This document shows, one piece after another, positions 39,750 through 54,500 of a DNA stretch of 64,000 bases. Location: the NCBI GenBank assembly GCA_951406725.2, contig OX597819.1:35216001-35280000 (forward strand), given 5' to 3'. A program made the translations under genes and the position numbers. The stretch is from Octopus vulgaris (Eukaryota). Each line of letters starts with the position of its first letter. The stretch's first letter is position 1. The notes beneath the pieces were generated by a model. It made no database searches. It saw nothing but the letters and a program-made list of their open reading frames with translations, and was not told the DNA's origin.

Positions 39750-41683
39750 TGTAAATGCCTTGATAACTCTTTTCTTAAGATGAGAAGTGCTTTGACGATC
39801 TAGATTTTCTGGAGTGTATACCTTCATCTCTTCTGACTAGAGACTATATATAATCTCCCATCAAAGCAGTATCCCATCGTCATTGGTGTCTTCTTTCCAT
39901 AGTTGCAATGTCCTGATGAAATCTTTCACCATGCTCCTCACTGACATCACCCAAGTTTTCGGGGGAAAATCTAGGTGAGAGTGCAAAAAAATGAACCTAT
40001 AAGGACATACGACAACCCATTTTCTTGAAGTTTTTAATAAGCTTTGCTACCAGCTGTTTGTAATTAGGATCCTTGCGATTTCCTAGAAATCCATGAACTA
40101 CATCACGAAATGCACACCAAGCTTCTTTTTCAACTTTTGTCATTGCTCTTTCCAGTTTCTTTGACTTTAACATTGCATTTACTTGGGGCCCAACCAAATA
40201 TGCCACCCTTGATCTTAGCCTCAGATAGCTTTGGAAACATAAGACAAATTTCTTGAAAAGCTTCTCCTCTAAAATCTAAAGCCTTCACAAACTGTTTTAC
40301 TAATCCAAGTTTGATATGAAGTGGGGGTAATAAGATTTTGTTGGAATCTACTAGTGGCTGTTTGAGAACATTTAACATTCCTGGCTGCAGTTCCACTCGT
40401 GGGGGCCAATGTACTCTCTTGTAATGATCATCATCAGCTCTGTTGTCCCATAAGCAAAGGAAACATGAATACTTTGTGTATCCCCCTTGCAAGCCAAGCA
40501 AGAAGGCAAGCATCTTGAAATCACCACAAACATCTCACTTGAACTCAGCGTAATTTATTTTGTCGAGAAGTTCTTTGACATTATCGTAATTTTCTTTCTT
40601 CTGTATGGAGTGTATATGAGGCAAAGAAGGATATTTATTTCCATTGTGGAGCCACACTGCTTTGAGACTTTGTGTTGAGCTATCTATGAAGAGTTGCCAT
40701 TCTGCAGAATCATGCTTGAGTCCAATAGCAGTAAACAAACAAATCACATCTTCATGATAACACAGATCGTTAATATTTTCATAGTAAATTTCAAATTCTT
40801 CATGGCGTTTCCAGTACAGAGACTTTCAGTCTTCCTCCAGTAGATTCCATTCTTTCAACCTTGATGAAAGAAGTTCAGCTCCTGACTTTAGTAAAACCCA
40901 GATCCCTGATTAAATCATCTAGTTCACTCTGATTTGGAAAGTGAGACTCCGAAGTCGTTCTTGGTATGAAAGCTTTCTCCATTTCTTGGCTGCTGCTATT
41001 TGTTGACTCTTCAGATGAAATATTTTCTGGTGGTAGTGATACTTATAAACTGTCATCATGTGGGACAGGTACTCTAGATGATGGTATGTCTGGATACTGA
41101 AGAGCTTGTCTTCCTTTCACTTTTCTGTACTTTGTCACATTGATCATACAAAAGTAACAGTCATCATGATGGTTCTTTGGCTCTCTCCATACCCTTGGAA
41201 TGGCAAAAGGCATTGACCTTCCTGTACCTCTTAACCATGCTTCTAGAGTAGATCAACAGTTTCCACATATCACATGTGGGGCCCATGGTTTATCCTAGTC
41301 ACCCACGAGCATTCTGAAATAGTCTGTATTCTATCCACAATTTGGCACCTTTCACTATCTTATGTAATACCTGCTTTTTTCCAATATAATAACCACACAC
41401 ATAACAAAATGTATCTGGAGAATTTTTACATACTCTAGTATGCCATCCTGAAAGTAGCAGAACTTAGTTATTGGTCTGAAAGAGAAAATTAGACATACAT
41501 TTAGTAGCTGAACATTATAACAATACCGAATACTTAATAATATTGAAAGTCAACATATTTTCTTAACTGTTGATGATACACAAAAAATAATTTTATTTTT
41601 GGAATCAGCAGAAAAAATGGATTGATAAACAAACAAAAAAAAATACAGTAAACAAATTTTTTTTTTTAAATTGTTACGTTGTG
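39750..41683 (-). mobile_element. DNA transposon with frameshifted transposase, probably Chapaev3/CMC-like
   Basis: CKNSPDTFCYVCG, WREPKNHHDDCYFC, GYTKYSCFLCLWD, LPPLHIKLGLVKQFVKAL, DVSEEHGERFHQDI; terminus ..TTGTTACGTTGTG (CAC on minus) at 41683. Confidence 0.8.
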
Positions 41684-42067
41684 TAATCAAAGATCAAGAC
41701 AGACGTATTATATTTCATACAATTTTTAAAAGTTGCAATATTATTAAAGATTCAGCTGGCAGCTAATGACCATTCAAGAAAAATAAATAAATAAATGTAA
41801 TGTTTTTTTTTCTTGCTGCAAATTTTAATATGTTTATTGTAAAGAAACTGTTCACAGATTTCAAGAAGCTTGAACACAAAAGACATGGAGTGAGCAGTGA
41901 CCAGATTTTAAAATAAATCACAACCAATGGAGTCTGTTAACACTATTGAAACATTTTGCTTTAAAATAGAAATATTTTTGTTGTCATAACTTTAAAAGAA
42001 ACAATTTTTCTTTAATAATGTTTTAAAATTATATCTCTGATTACTTTTCTTTGTTATATTTTTCTAG

Positions 42068-42099
42068 GGCCTATGATGAATTATGAAGTGAAATACTAA
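42068..42099 (+). CDS. Candidate terminal exon D, coding part
   Basis: Long pyrimidine tract ending tag; phase 2 gives RAYDEL*, phase 1 gives GPMMNYEVKY*; followed by a repeat-poor AT-rich stretch containing AATAAA. Confidence 0.5.
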
Positions 42100-43171
42100 G
42101 TACTTCTGGAAGCTATCTTTTTTTTTTGTAAATGACTTTTGCACTGCAACTACTAACAGCAGCTCCACTGTTTTACCCTGTTTCTCACCATTGATGAGGT
42201 TCAGATAATAGACAACATATGAGACTCTCCACTCCCTTTATCTGCTATTTATATTGTCAATAAATCAATTTATTGTTTTTTTTAACAATCGCTTTGTAAA
42301 ATTTGTTCAGAAGAAAAGAAAAAGAAACTTCAGATCAAAAGATTAATTTTTTTTATTTTCATACATATTTTGAGCTCCTTTACTGAAACACTAATTCTTT
42401 AAATAAATTATTCCTAAATGAATAGGTGCAATTATTTAAGAGCTATACCAAACAGCTCATAACATAATCAAGATAGCAGTAAACAGTTTGTTATATAACA
42501 AAGATACTAAGATATTCGCAATACAACTAACACATTGGTGTCCACCAGTTACACCAAAGCAGTTCATAATACAACTAAAATAACTAGGCTAAACAGTTCA
42601 TAATATAACCAGCTAGATAAATGTTCATGATATAAAAAATTACAATGTTTACAAACTAATTAAGTAAAAAGATGTCGTTAGATGATAAAAATTCAATCAA
42701 ATAATTATGCTGTTGTCTTTTTTTTTTAAGATGTTGTATTTCAAGTTTGAAATGGCTGTAACCAATATACCATATGTTTATAGACGTATGTTATAAAGCT
42801 AAATGCAATGCAAGCAGGATATCTGTGTCATCCCTAATTGTAGTCAAATCCCACTAGATGAAGCTGCCTTTAAGTTTTTTTTACTTTGTATACATTATTG
42901 TTTAACCTTCCCATCTGAACTTTATAATATTTCAAGAGTGGTGGCTTGATAGAATCATTAGAAAGATTGGACAAAATGCCTTGTAGTATTTGATCTGGCC
43001 CTTTATATACTAAATTAAGACGCTACTAAGGTAAACTTTTGCTTTTATCCTTCTGAGGTCAATAAAATAGAGTGTATATGTATGCATGTGTGTGCATATA
43101 TATATATATATATATATACATACATACATATGTGTATGGATACATATGTGTGTGTTTGTGTGCATATATAC

Positions 43172-43228
<57 letters not shown>

Positions 43229-43262
43229 TCAGTATATGTGTATGCATATATATATGTGTATG

Positions 43263-43296
<34 letters not shown>

Positions 43297-44362
43297 TTCA
43301 CACATACATGCACACATCCTACTGCTCATACACACACAAATAGGCAAAGTACATTTGAATTTTGCTTCTGTGTTATTGCAAAATTGCTGTTTTAATGTCT
43401 TTTGGATATGAAAACTAATCCTATATAGAAATTAAATTTCTGGATTTTTATTTGTAGACCTTGTTATTTCTATTCTAAATTTGTTCTTCATGAAGAAAAT
43501 AACTATCAACTTCAAGCTGATGGTATAAAAAAAAGATGTAATTTTTGCCCCAAATATTGCAGAAAATTATTTAACCAGAAAATATACAATCTGTTCACAC
43601 TTTTTCAGTCAAAGAAAATTTGTATTAAATTTATGCATAATTTAAAATTGTAATGAAGAGAGAAAAAAGAAGCCCTTCAAAAGGAGAAAAATAAAAGATT
43701 ATTTTCAAAACAATTTCAAAGAGAAATGTTTCAGTTTTATTTTTAATTATAAATTTTGGAATATTGTCTTATTGTTTAGAGTGCTGAAATCTGTAATATG
43801 TCGCTGATGGCAAAGGTTATTTTGTCACTGATGGGAAAGGTTATTTTGGATAACCATTCTGTTGCAAGCTTTCAGATTAGAATGTGATTCCTCTTTGCCT
43901 CTGCTTTTCCTGAAAATGGGTCATTCTCATGAAAGTTAACACAAAAATGTTTTTAAATATTTTTAGAATACCCAGAAAACTCACTGTATACTAATAAAGT
44001 TTTGTTGAAGGTAATTTTCAACCAGATATTGATATGGGGGCAATTTTTTCGTAATCTACACTATTTGGAAGATACAGAAAATATTTGCCTTGAAAATGTC
44101 ACCTACATTTTTGTCATACTTGTCGCTTAAGGTTTGTGGCTTAGTGGCTAAGGTGTTTTGCTAAGAATCATAAGGTCATGAGTTTGATTCCTGGTGGCAC
44201 ATTGTGTCCTTGAACAAGACACTTTATTTCACATGGCTCCAGTCCACTCAGCTGGTAAAAATGAGTTGTATCTGTAGTTCAACAAACAATCCAAGTACAG
44301 ATGTGTAGTGTGTAGGATTTTTGTTTTCATGTAAGAAAACTGAACACATTGAGCAGAGACCG

Positions 44363-45049
44363 TAAACCCACATCTCATTACCAGTGATGATGGTCTTCAT
44401 GAAGTCTGGGTCACGGTTCGTGGTTTGCACAGTCCAGCATGTTTTGAGTGATTCCTATGCAGATTGCTTCTGCTGCTCCACCAACACCTTTTGGATGAAT
44501 TTCACCAACACTCTTCACATGAACGAATCTTCCATTAAAATGGAATGCACTGATCCTGTGCTTATTCCCACTTTGTGAGCAATTTCCTAGACGGTTACAC
44601 AACAGTCTTTCATGATTATTCACCAAACCTTTGCAATTGGTTCCTCATTTTGGCTTGTGGACAGCCTACCTGAGCATGCTTTACACTGAGGTATAGCCAT
44701 ATTTGAAGTGGTTGAACCACTCTTTGATTTGAGTTTTACTTATGACAGTATTACCAAAGACCTGCTGGATCTTCTGGATGGTTTGAGCTTGAGTATCACT
44801 AAGTTTTTGGCAAAACTTGATGCAATATCGCTCTCTGCTCGATGTGTTTAGTGAAAATGAAAATCCAATGACCAAGCACTACGTTTGTACTGTAAATGTA
44901 ACTGTTGGGAAATGATGCAGCCTACCAGTGCAAAAATTTTCACACATGTGTAAGAAGGATGGCATCATCTCCCACCCAAATCATTTTGCCCATGTGGCAT
45001 TAGTTTTGGAAGGAAAAAATGAAGTTGAATACTTTTTGAACACACCTCA
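44363..45049 (-). mobile_element. Mariner 5' half (HTH to first catalytic Asp region)
   Basis: ERYCIKFCQKL..IKEWFNHFKYG and DPDFMKTIITGNEMWVYG; TIR-like TACTTTTTGAACACACCTC. Confidence 0.8.
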
Positions 45050-45479
45050 AGTTATGAGGGGGGAAAATGTTGGGTCCTGAGAATTTTTTGAAACTCCTAC
45101 CGCCAACCACTTGGAAAATTTTTACATACACTCAATCTACAGGATATAAGTGATTATTTGGTGAAAGTTGTGTTAAAAAGTACCTATTTTTCTGGAAGTT
45201 ATGAAGCAACAGAGTTGGCAGGATATTAAACTTTTTTCAATAAAAGTTAATGTTAATGGATTAATGTTAACTTCTGTTACATTTTAAAAGAGTTAATGGA
45301 TTAATGATTAACGAAGTTAACTTTTTAATTAATGGTGCCCACCTCTGTATATATATATATTTTTATATATATCAATTAAATATAAGGATAAAATCTATAT
45401 AAGATTTTATGAAGTAGCCAGCATGTAAAACCAATTAAGGTAAAAAATTAATACAAAGTATATAATTTTTAAAAGTACA

Positions 45480-46079
45480 TTATTACATTAAGGGCTGTTA
45501 CTATAAGTAAAGCCACATGCTGGAAAGGGATGCTGAAGTCAAACTATCAAATATACACACACACTGAAGTTAAGGAAATGAACAAAGAAAAAAGTTCTTT
45601 AAAAGGTTCAGTTACATATTGAAATGATTTTATGGTCAGCATTGTAACACGCTCTCCATTCATCATTGCAAACATAACCAGAAGTATATAAATATAAATA
45701 CTTATACATACTATACGAATACGATCTATCCACAGAGCGTATACAAATGTTCAATCGGTGAAAGAATTTCAATCTTTTTCATTTCAGATGGAAATTTTTT
45801 CATGGGTATATGTGTGAACATCTGTGGATATCTTGTGTTCACATGATATGTATAAGTGTTTATATTTATATATTTCTGGTTATGTTTGCAATGACGAATG
45901 GAGAGCGTGTTACAACGCTGACCATAAAATCATTTCAATATGCAACTAAACCTTTTAAAGAATTTTTTCTTTGTTCGTTTCCTTAACTTCAATGTGTATA
46001 TTTCATAAAGTAATTTGACTTTAACGTCCCTTTCCAGCATGTGGCTTTACTTATAGTAACAGCCCTTAATGTAATAACA
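45480..46079. repeat. Long fold-back inverted repeat, ~230-bp arms
   Basis: 45480-45710 is the reverse complement of ~45848-46079 with scattered mismatches; the spacer is itself partly palindromic. Confidence 0.92.
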
Positions 46080-46112
46080 TATATATATATATATATATAT
46101 ACATATGTATAA

Positions 46113-47791
<1,679 letters not shown>

Positions 47792-47829
47792 TGTATATAT
47801 ATATATAATGTGTATATATATATGTATGT

Positions 47830-48437
47830 ATAAGTAATGGGGGATATTATAAAAAATTAACAATATCAGTAGTTATTAGCATAAAAATCAAAAGTGAGGA
47901 TGCTAGATAGCACAGTTTTGCTAGAAATTGGAAAGCTTGTTCACTTTCATTGCTTGTGGCTAGTTGAGTCAATTTTGACTCCTATTTCAAGCAAAGCTAT
48001 ATTATCTAGCCCCCTCACTTATATATTTGCCTTTTTGTTTTTTTTTTGCTAATAGCCACTGATGTTATTTTTTGATAATAATATCCCCATTATTTATAAT
48101 TATATACTGCAACTATTTGAATTTTGGTACAAGCCTCCTAATGGTTTAACAAACTTGCAATGTGAGGAGATGTTTAGCCCTAGGCAACAGGTAGTGAGAC
48201 CCACTGAAGATATCTAAAGGAAAATTCTCAGATCGAAATCACATGATATGGGCTATCAGCTGGGTATATGCATCATCATTTGCGATTATCTTTTGTCTTG
48301 GTATGTTGGCTATGTTTATTTCTTCTTGCTTTCCCGACTTCGTAAGCTTGCTTATTTTCAGTGCTTCTGATTATTTGACTTGATTTTGACGCCTATTTCT
48401 AGCAAAACTGTGTTATCTTACACCCTCACTTATATAT
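47830..48437. mobile_element. PLE pLTR-like remnant with inverted and direct partial repeats
   Basis: 47830-47930 inverted at ~47981-48100; ~47973-48025 repeated directly at ~48384-48437; contains a hammerhead. Confidence 0.6.
48200..48252 (+). ncRNA. Type I hammerhead ribozyme, near-intact
   Basis: CCCA-CUGAAGA-UAUCU-[14 nt]-AGAUC-GAAA-UCA-CA-UGA-UA-UGGG; the only defect is U in place of G10.1. Confidence 0.7.
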
Positions 48438-49425
48438 ACCTACTACATATAAGGAAAATTGGTGTGTGTTTTTTTGTGGCATTGTTAGTTAATTCCTCCT
48501 ACATTGTTTTAATGATTTTGACGGAACTTGACACGTGAGTAGAACTCATGTCTAGAGACCTCATGACATACTTAGATTGTTGAAAAAATCGATAATACAG
48601 CCCCTGGAAGGAACTTTTATATCTACCTCATATAACTGATTTTTTTTTCAACACCAAGGCAAATAACCCATAGCACCTGTACAATATTTTTAAACACTCA
48701 AGGGAAATAAAGCATTTCATTGTTTATGTTCAATTACTTTGAATATTGATTTTTTGTGCATCCTATTTCTAATTTTTGCAGACAATATCACTTTTATACT
48801 TTATTTGACATGTGAGTAGAACTCATGTCTGGAAACCTCATGACTTATATTGTTGTAAAAAATCAATGGATCCAATGGATCCTTCTATCTACTACATATT
48901 ATTAATATTTCATTTAAACAACCCAAGGGAAATAACCCATACCACCTGCAGATTTTAGCAAAGTGATCAATATTTGCTTCTCATGATTAGCCGACCTAAT
49001 TCTGCATTTCACTACTCACAGTTTTGAACTGCTATACATTATTATTGCACTTCCTTAATTTGAATCTTAAACCTTAAAGACTTCATTCATACATTTCTAT
49101 ATATAAATACTTTTGTAGTGGCTTAATGCAGGCATAGCGTGGATTCGATCCACGATTGCCAAATTTCACTTAACACTTCAACAGCTTTTCTTATGGTAAA
49201 ACAATAATTTTTCTGTGAATGACAGCAGTAATGCATTTCCCAGATGCCTTTGCTAAGCAGAATGTCTTTGCCTCTTGCCAACCTCCAACAATCTCTCCTT
49301 CCTCCAGCTGACAGGTTTTTGTACTTTTTCGTGACGGAAAATACACTTTTGTGGCAGTTATAACGAAATTGCTTTCTTATATCAGAGTAACAAGGCATTT
49401 CAATAGAACATCTTTACCCCAGGGA
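48436..49425 (+). mobile_element. Probable decayed Helitron 5' part with internal direct repeats
   Basis: Direct repeat ~48525-48690 / ~48804-48950; faint IR.YN.AFQ.TSF-like remnant near 49370-49415. Confidence 0.4.
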
Positions 49426-50477
49426 ATTACATATGTATGTATGTATATATATATATATATATATATATGTACGAGTGTCACTGTCACATATATATGTACG
49501 GTGTCCTTTGTTTCCCATCTTCCATGAAAATGTGTCTGGTCATAGAGAAATATTACGTTCTTTGGAAACAGGTGAGTGTTGGTGACAGGATGAGTATCCA
49601 GCTGTAGAAGATCTACCTTAACAAATTCCATCTGACCCATGCAAGCATCAAAAAGTGAACATTAAAATGACGACAATGATGATGTATCCATCCGTAGGTG
49701 TGTGTGTGCACATGTATGTATGTATTTATGCATGTGTGTATCTATCTATATACCACATACACACACACATATATTCACATTTATAGATGTGCATTAAATA
49801 AACACATTTAACCTTGCTGCATAAATAGAGCCTATGGTTAAACGGCAAGATTATCTTTTAGAGTACAGATGAAGTAATCACTCCTGATGTGCTAGTGATG
49901 ACCAGGTGAGATTGGTTGAGTTGCTTTACAATCTATACCGGAGAGAGAACCATGTGGATTAACCATGGGGTAAGTGTGTATAGTGATGCTAAGTGGATGA
50001 GTATTAAATATACACTGGAAATTTATTTACAATTTATCCACAAACAAGTGCAAGCATAGCTGTATTGTAAGAAGCTTGGTTCTTACCACATGGTTTTAGG
50101 TTCAAGCCCAGTGCATGGCACCTTGGGCTGTCTTTTACTACAGCCTTACATATATGTGTGTGTGTGTTTGTGTCTGCCCCCGCTCCTCGACTTGACATCT
50201 GGAGTTGATTTGTTTATGTCCTTCTAACTTAGTGATCTGGCAAAAGAGTCTGATAATAAATGTAAGTACTGTGTTTGATTTGTCTGACTAAACATTTAAA
50301 GGCAGTGCCCCAGCATGATCGCAGTCCAATGAGTGAAACAAGTAAAAGATAAAAGATAAACAATACTGTCTCTGTACTTTTGCTAATACACATTGTTAGT
50401 TAATGTCCTGATATGCAAATGAGCCAAAACAATCTCTACTGCTCATTGTATTTTTCATAGTTGTAAGCAATTGTCCA

Positions 50478-50760
50478 TGGAGGCGCGTGGCTTAGTGGTT
50501 AGGGTGTCAGCACCATGATTGTAAGATTGTGGTTTTGATTCCTGGACCGGGCGATGCGTTGTATTCTTGAGCAAAACACTCCATTGCTCCAGTCCATTCA
50601 GCTGGCAAAAATGAGTAACGCTTCACCCTGCTCCAGTCCACTCAGCTGGCAAAAATGAGTAACGCTGTGATGGACTGGCGTCCCGTCCAGCTGGAGAGCA
50701 CACACGCCATTGAAAATGGGAAACCAGGCTCATGAGCCTGGCTAGACTTTAAAAGAGCGC
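50478..50760 (+). mobile_element. tRNA-derived SINE with internal ~44-bp duplication
   Basis: GGAGGCGCGTGGCTTAGTGGTTAGGG head; TGCTCCAGTCCA(T/C)TCAGCTGGCAAAAATGAGTAACGCT occurs twice. Confidence 0.8.
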
Positions 50761-51599
50761 ATTTATTATTTTTTAAGCAATTGTTCGGCAATGAATTTAG
50801 TATGCAGGTAGGTGACCACCAGGACTTGGTTTTTTGTTCACTTCTGTTTAGTATAGTTCTCTTGGGTGACTTTCGCAGGATCCATTCTGTTGCCAGCATT
50901 TGAGCAAGGTCATTGATCTGAAAATGTTTCTCACATCCCTTATGGGCACTGAAAAGGGCACGTGTATGGTTTTCCCTCCTCTGGCTAAGCCAATAACCAC
51001 CTCAACAAATCACCTTTGAAAATATTTTATTCCATTCATTGGTAAAGTACCCATACTAAAATTTTGTAAGTATTCTTATACACTTTTTTTATGTCAAAAA
51101 CAAACATTGAAATACATGAAAAAAAAATCCTGCTCTGCACACAAAATTAATGTTTTACCTCAAGCATCTGACAATGCTTCTCATTTACAACATTGTACTG
51201 ATTCATTCATCTCTTGTAGGTGCAGTGTAGCTGAATGATTAACAAGTTTGCTTTTCAATCACAAGGTCCTAGGGTCAATTCTACTCGGTGACATCTCAGA
51301 CAAGTATCTTTTCACATAGCTTCGAGCTGAAACATGCTTTGTGGGTGAAAATGGGTAGATGGAAACTGTGCAAGCCAGTCAGAAATTGAGAAATTCTGAA
51401 ATTCAGACAGCTAATCTTGCCACACTGTATATCAAGATGATTGAACTTAGAATTATGTTAAGGGCACACATGTCTGGGGAATACTCAGCCACTAACACAT
51501 TGATTTAATGTTCCAGGTAGTCTACTTGATCAAACAACTAAATAAAATCAGAGTCAGAAACTGTGATCAAGATCCATTTATTATTTCTGGTACCATCCC

Positions 51600-54500
51600 C
51601 TGCTAAACATGAAAATAAACAATCACAACTAAAATAGGAAGTCTGATTTTAAAAAATGAAGATACAAAAAACATTTAAATGTGAATACATAACCAGTTTA
51701 TTTATGACACATTACAAATTATGGTGCAAAAGTCATGGAGTACAAGCAAAATACAGTACTATCTGCAAACCAATCATTGTATCTGGAGAGATCAAAGAAA
51801 AATCCAAATGGGATGGAATTAGCAACTAAATTGAGGACATGGTTTACAGTTTGACACCAAAATCACAATGCTTATTATAGTAATAAGGTTTCAAATGTAG
51901 CCAACCAGTGGTAGTAAATGTGGGCAATCAATTTGTTGACCAACTATATGTAATTTTCTTTTTTGTTTTATTCAATTTTTTTTTCTCTATTTCCATAGAA
52001 ATTGTATAAATCCAGATTTTCTGTGATTGGGAACCCTCAGGAGATATTAAGATGTATGAATTTTTACCATCCCAGTCAGGAAATAAAAATAAGTATACTA
52101 ACAAAAAGTAAAAAACACCTGAAAAATCAACAAACAAAATAACAGTCTGAAGCTTCCACAGTATTCTATTTTAATGGACATGAATATATATCTTTAACTT
52201 ATCACAGTTACAAAGCTTGATACAAATAAAAGGTATTTTAACAACAAAAATAACAACAGATCTTGTTTTATTTTTTAATTTAGGATGAAAAATCCCGTAA
52301 ATGAAATTAAATTAAAATATCAACATAATTTACCTCCAAAACAGAATTTTGGAAATAGCATTTTTTTTGTTTTTTTAATCTGGCATGAAACCTTACAAAA
52401 TTATATGAAGGAGGACAAAAAATGGAATGTGAAGGTTTAGTGCAGTAACTGAGAATCAAAACTAAACTATGAATTTTATTTACCAGGAATTTAATGTTGA
52501 ACCATTACCTAAATACAGAGTTTAAATCAATTTTCTTTTTAAAGCAATGAAATAGTAAAATAAACACTATATCTATTCTAGATATTGGATAAGTTGCTAC
52601 CATCTGTTCAAAGAAAAGGAAAGGAAATAAAATAAAAATCCCCTACAACTGTTTAAATTTTGATATGATATTAAGGGTCAGTTTAGGATCAGTTCAGATG
52701 GTAATTCTCTAATTGTAAAGAGTTTTTTTGTAATTGCAGCAAATATTTTTGTCTATAGATTCCTTTCTATGTGCTTTACTTGAGAGTTAAGAACTGTAAC
52801 ATGAACAATATAGAACTGTTTGGAAAAGTGAAAAACACATACACACACAGTTTTATTGAAACTGAATATGTATCTCACAGCCTAAGTTTCATGTTACTGT
52901 GATCTTCAGACAATACAGACTCACCTGAGGATTGCAATCAGGTGAAACTTGAGTCATGAGATAGACGTTTATTTTCAATAAACTATATACTCTGCTTGCT
53001 TTGAGCATGCCTCAGAGTGTGTGTGTATGTCTGCACATGTATAACTAATACAGCAGGCAGAAACATCTAAGGTTGTAGAATATGTCTTGAAAGCCAGAAA
53101 AAAGACCTTTCAAATTAATTGCTGGGGCTCAAATGATTTAACTCTTGTTATGCTTCAAATTAAAAACTTACATCTAATGTACTAGCAAATATTATATAGG
53201 GCCAATTTTTGGCAATTTCATAAAGATCTAAACTAAGAGTCCATAATTTTTATTATTTGTGGCACATTATAGTTTAATTCATTCATTTTGTCTCCATTTT
53301 TCTATGCTAGTTTAAATTAGATACTTATTTGAGGCAGTATTTTTATGGCTGGATGCCCTTCTTGTTGCCAGTCCCTTAAACAAATAAATTATCGACATAA
53401 TCATCATACTATATTGTCTCATAATATTAATGATTTTTGCTTAAATTATGGCTTTCAACATTATACAGATTTTCTTCATTACTCTGTCATATTCAAAAAG
53501 TATTTTTAAACTGCACTTTTTAGAAACATGTAATTTTGGAAATCATTTTCTAAAGTTTCTAATTTCTTTAAAATGAATGCAAACACTATATTAATCATTA
53601 GTAATGTATATATATATAATATAACACTAATGAAATAACAAATAGTAAAAACAATAATTTAAGAGAAAAATATACAAGGAAATGACACTTATTTGCAACA
53701 TCAAATTAACAGAAGTTGTTCATGGAATGTATAAAATGTAGTTGCAGTATACAGCTAATAAAGCCATACTATTATATATTCATTTCTGTGAGTAATATAT
53801 TAAAGTTATAATACAGTGACAGGAAACAGAAAATTAAGTTTCATTATCTAATCCTGTTAACTCACAACTTATGTGTGTCAGATAGTCCAACAAATATTTT
53901 CTATTGTCATGATAAACAAGGGTAACCTAGGATAGCCTTTTATCTGAATTATATTCAAATAGCAATCAATGTTCTGTTTAAAGAGTTACTCTCATTTCTG
54001 GTACCACAGTTATTAAAGATTTCATAAAATGTTAAAGCATTTATTTATAATTATTATTTTTCTGTAATTTTTATTTTCATTTAATCCTTACAGCCTAAAT
54101 ATGAATAAATTTGGAAATATTACCAAAATATAAATCCTAAAGAAAATCTAAGTGGATTGAGATTTTGTGTGTGTCTGTGTGAAAATGAGTGAAAGTGAAA
54201 CCTTTTGGGTCAGGTGTATTCTTAAATTAGCAGATTGATCTCTTCACAATACAAATTAAATCTAAGCTCAATGACATATCTACAGCTCATGTGTCATTGT
54301 CAAAATTTTGTTTCCAATATATTTTGGAATTCACACGATTAGAAAACTCAAATCAAAATATGAGGAGGGAGTAGTTGAAGTTATGCAGTACTTTTTACAA
54401 ACCTAATCATTTCCCTTCTTGGGTGTAATTTAATAATTTATATGTTGGTTTAATTTAAACCAATTAAAATTTACTGCAGTTCTTTTTTTTTTATATTTTA

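Noticed and set aside
42450-42640. CRISPR-like repeat-spacer appearance
   Set aside because: Repeats are degenerate, spacers short and irregular, no cas genes, eukaryotic context
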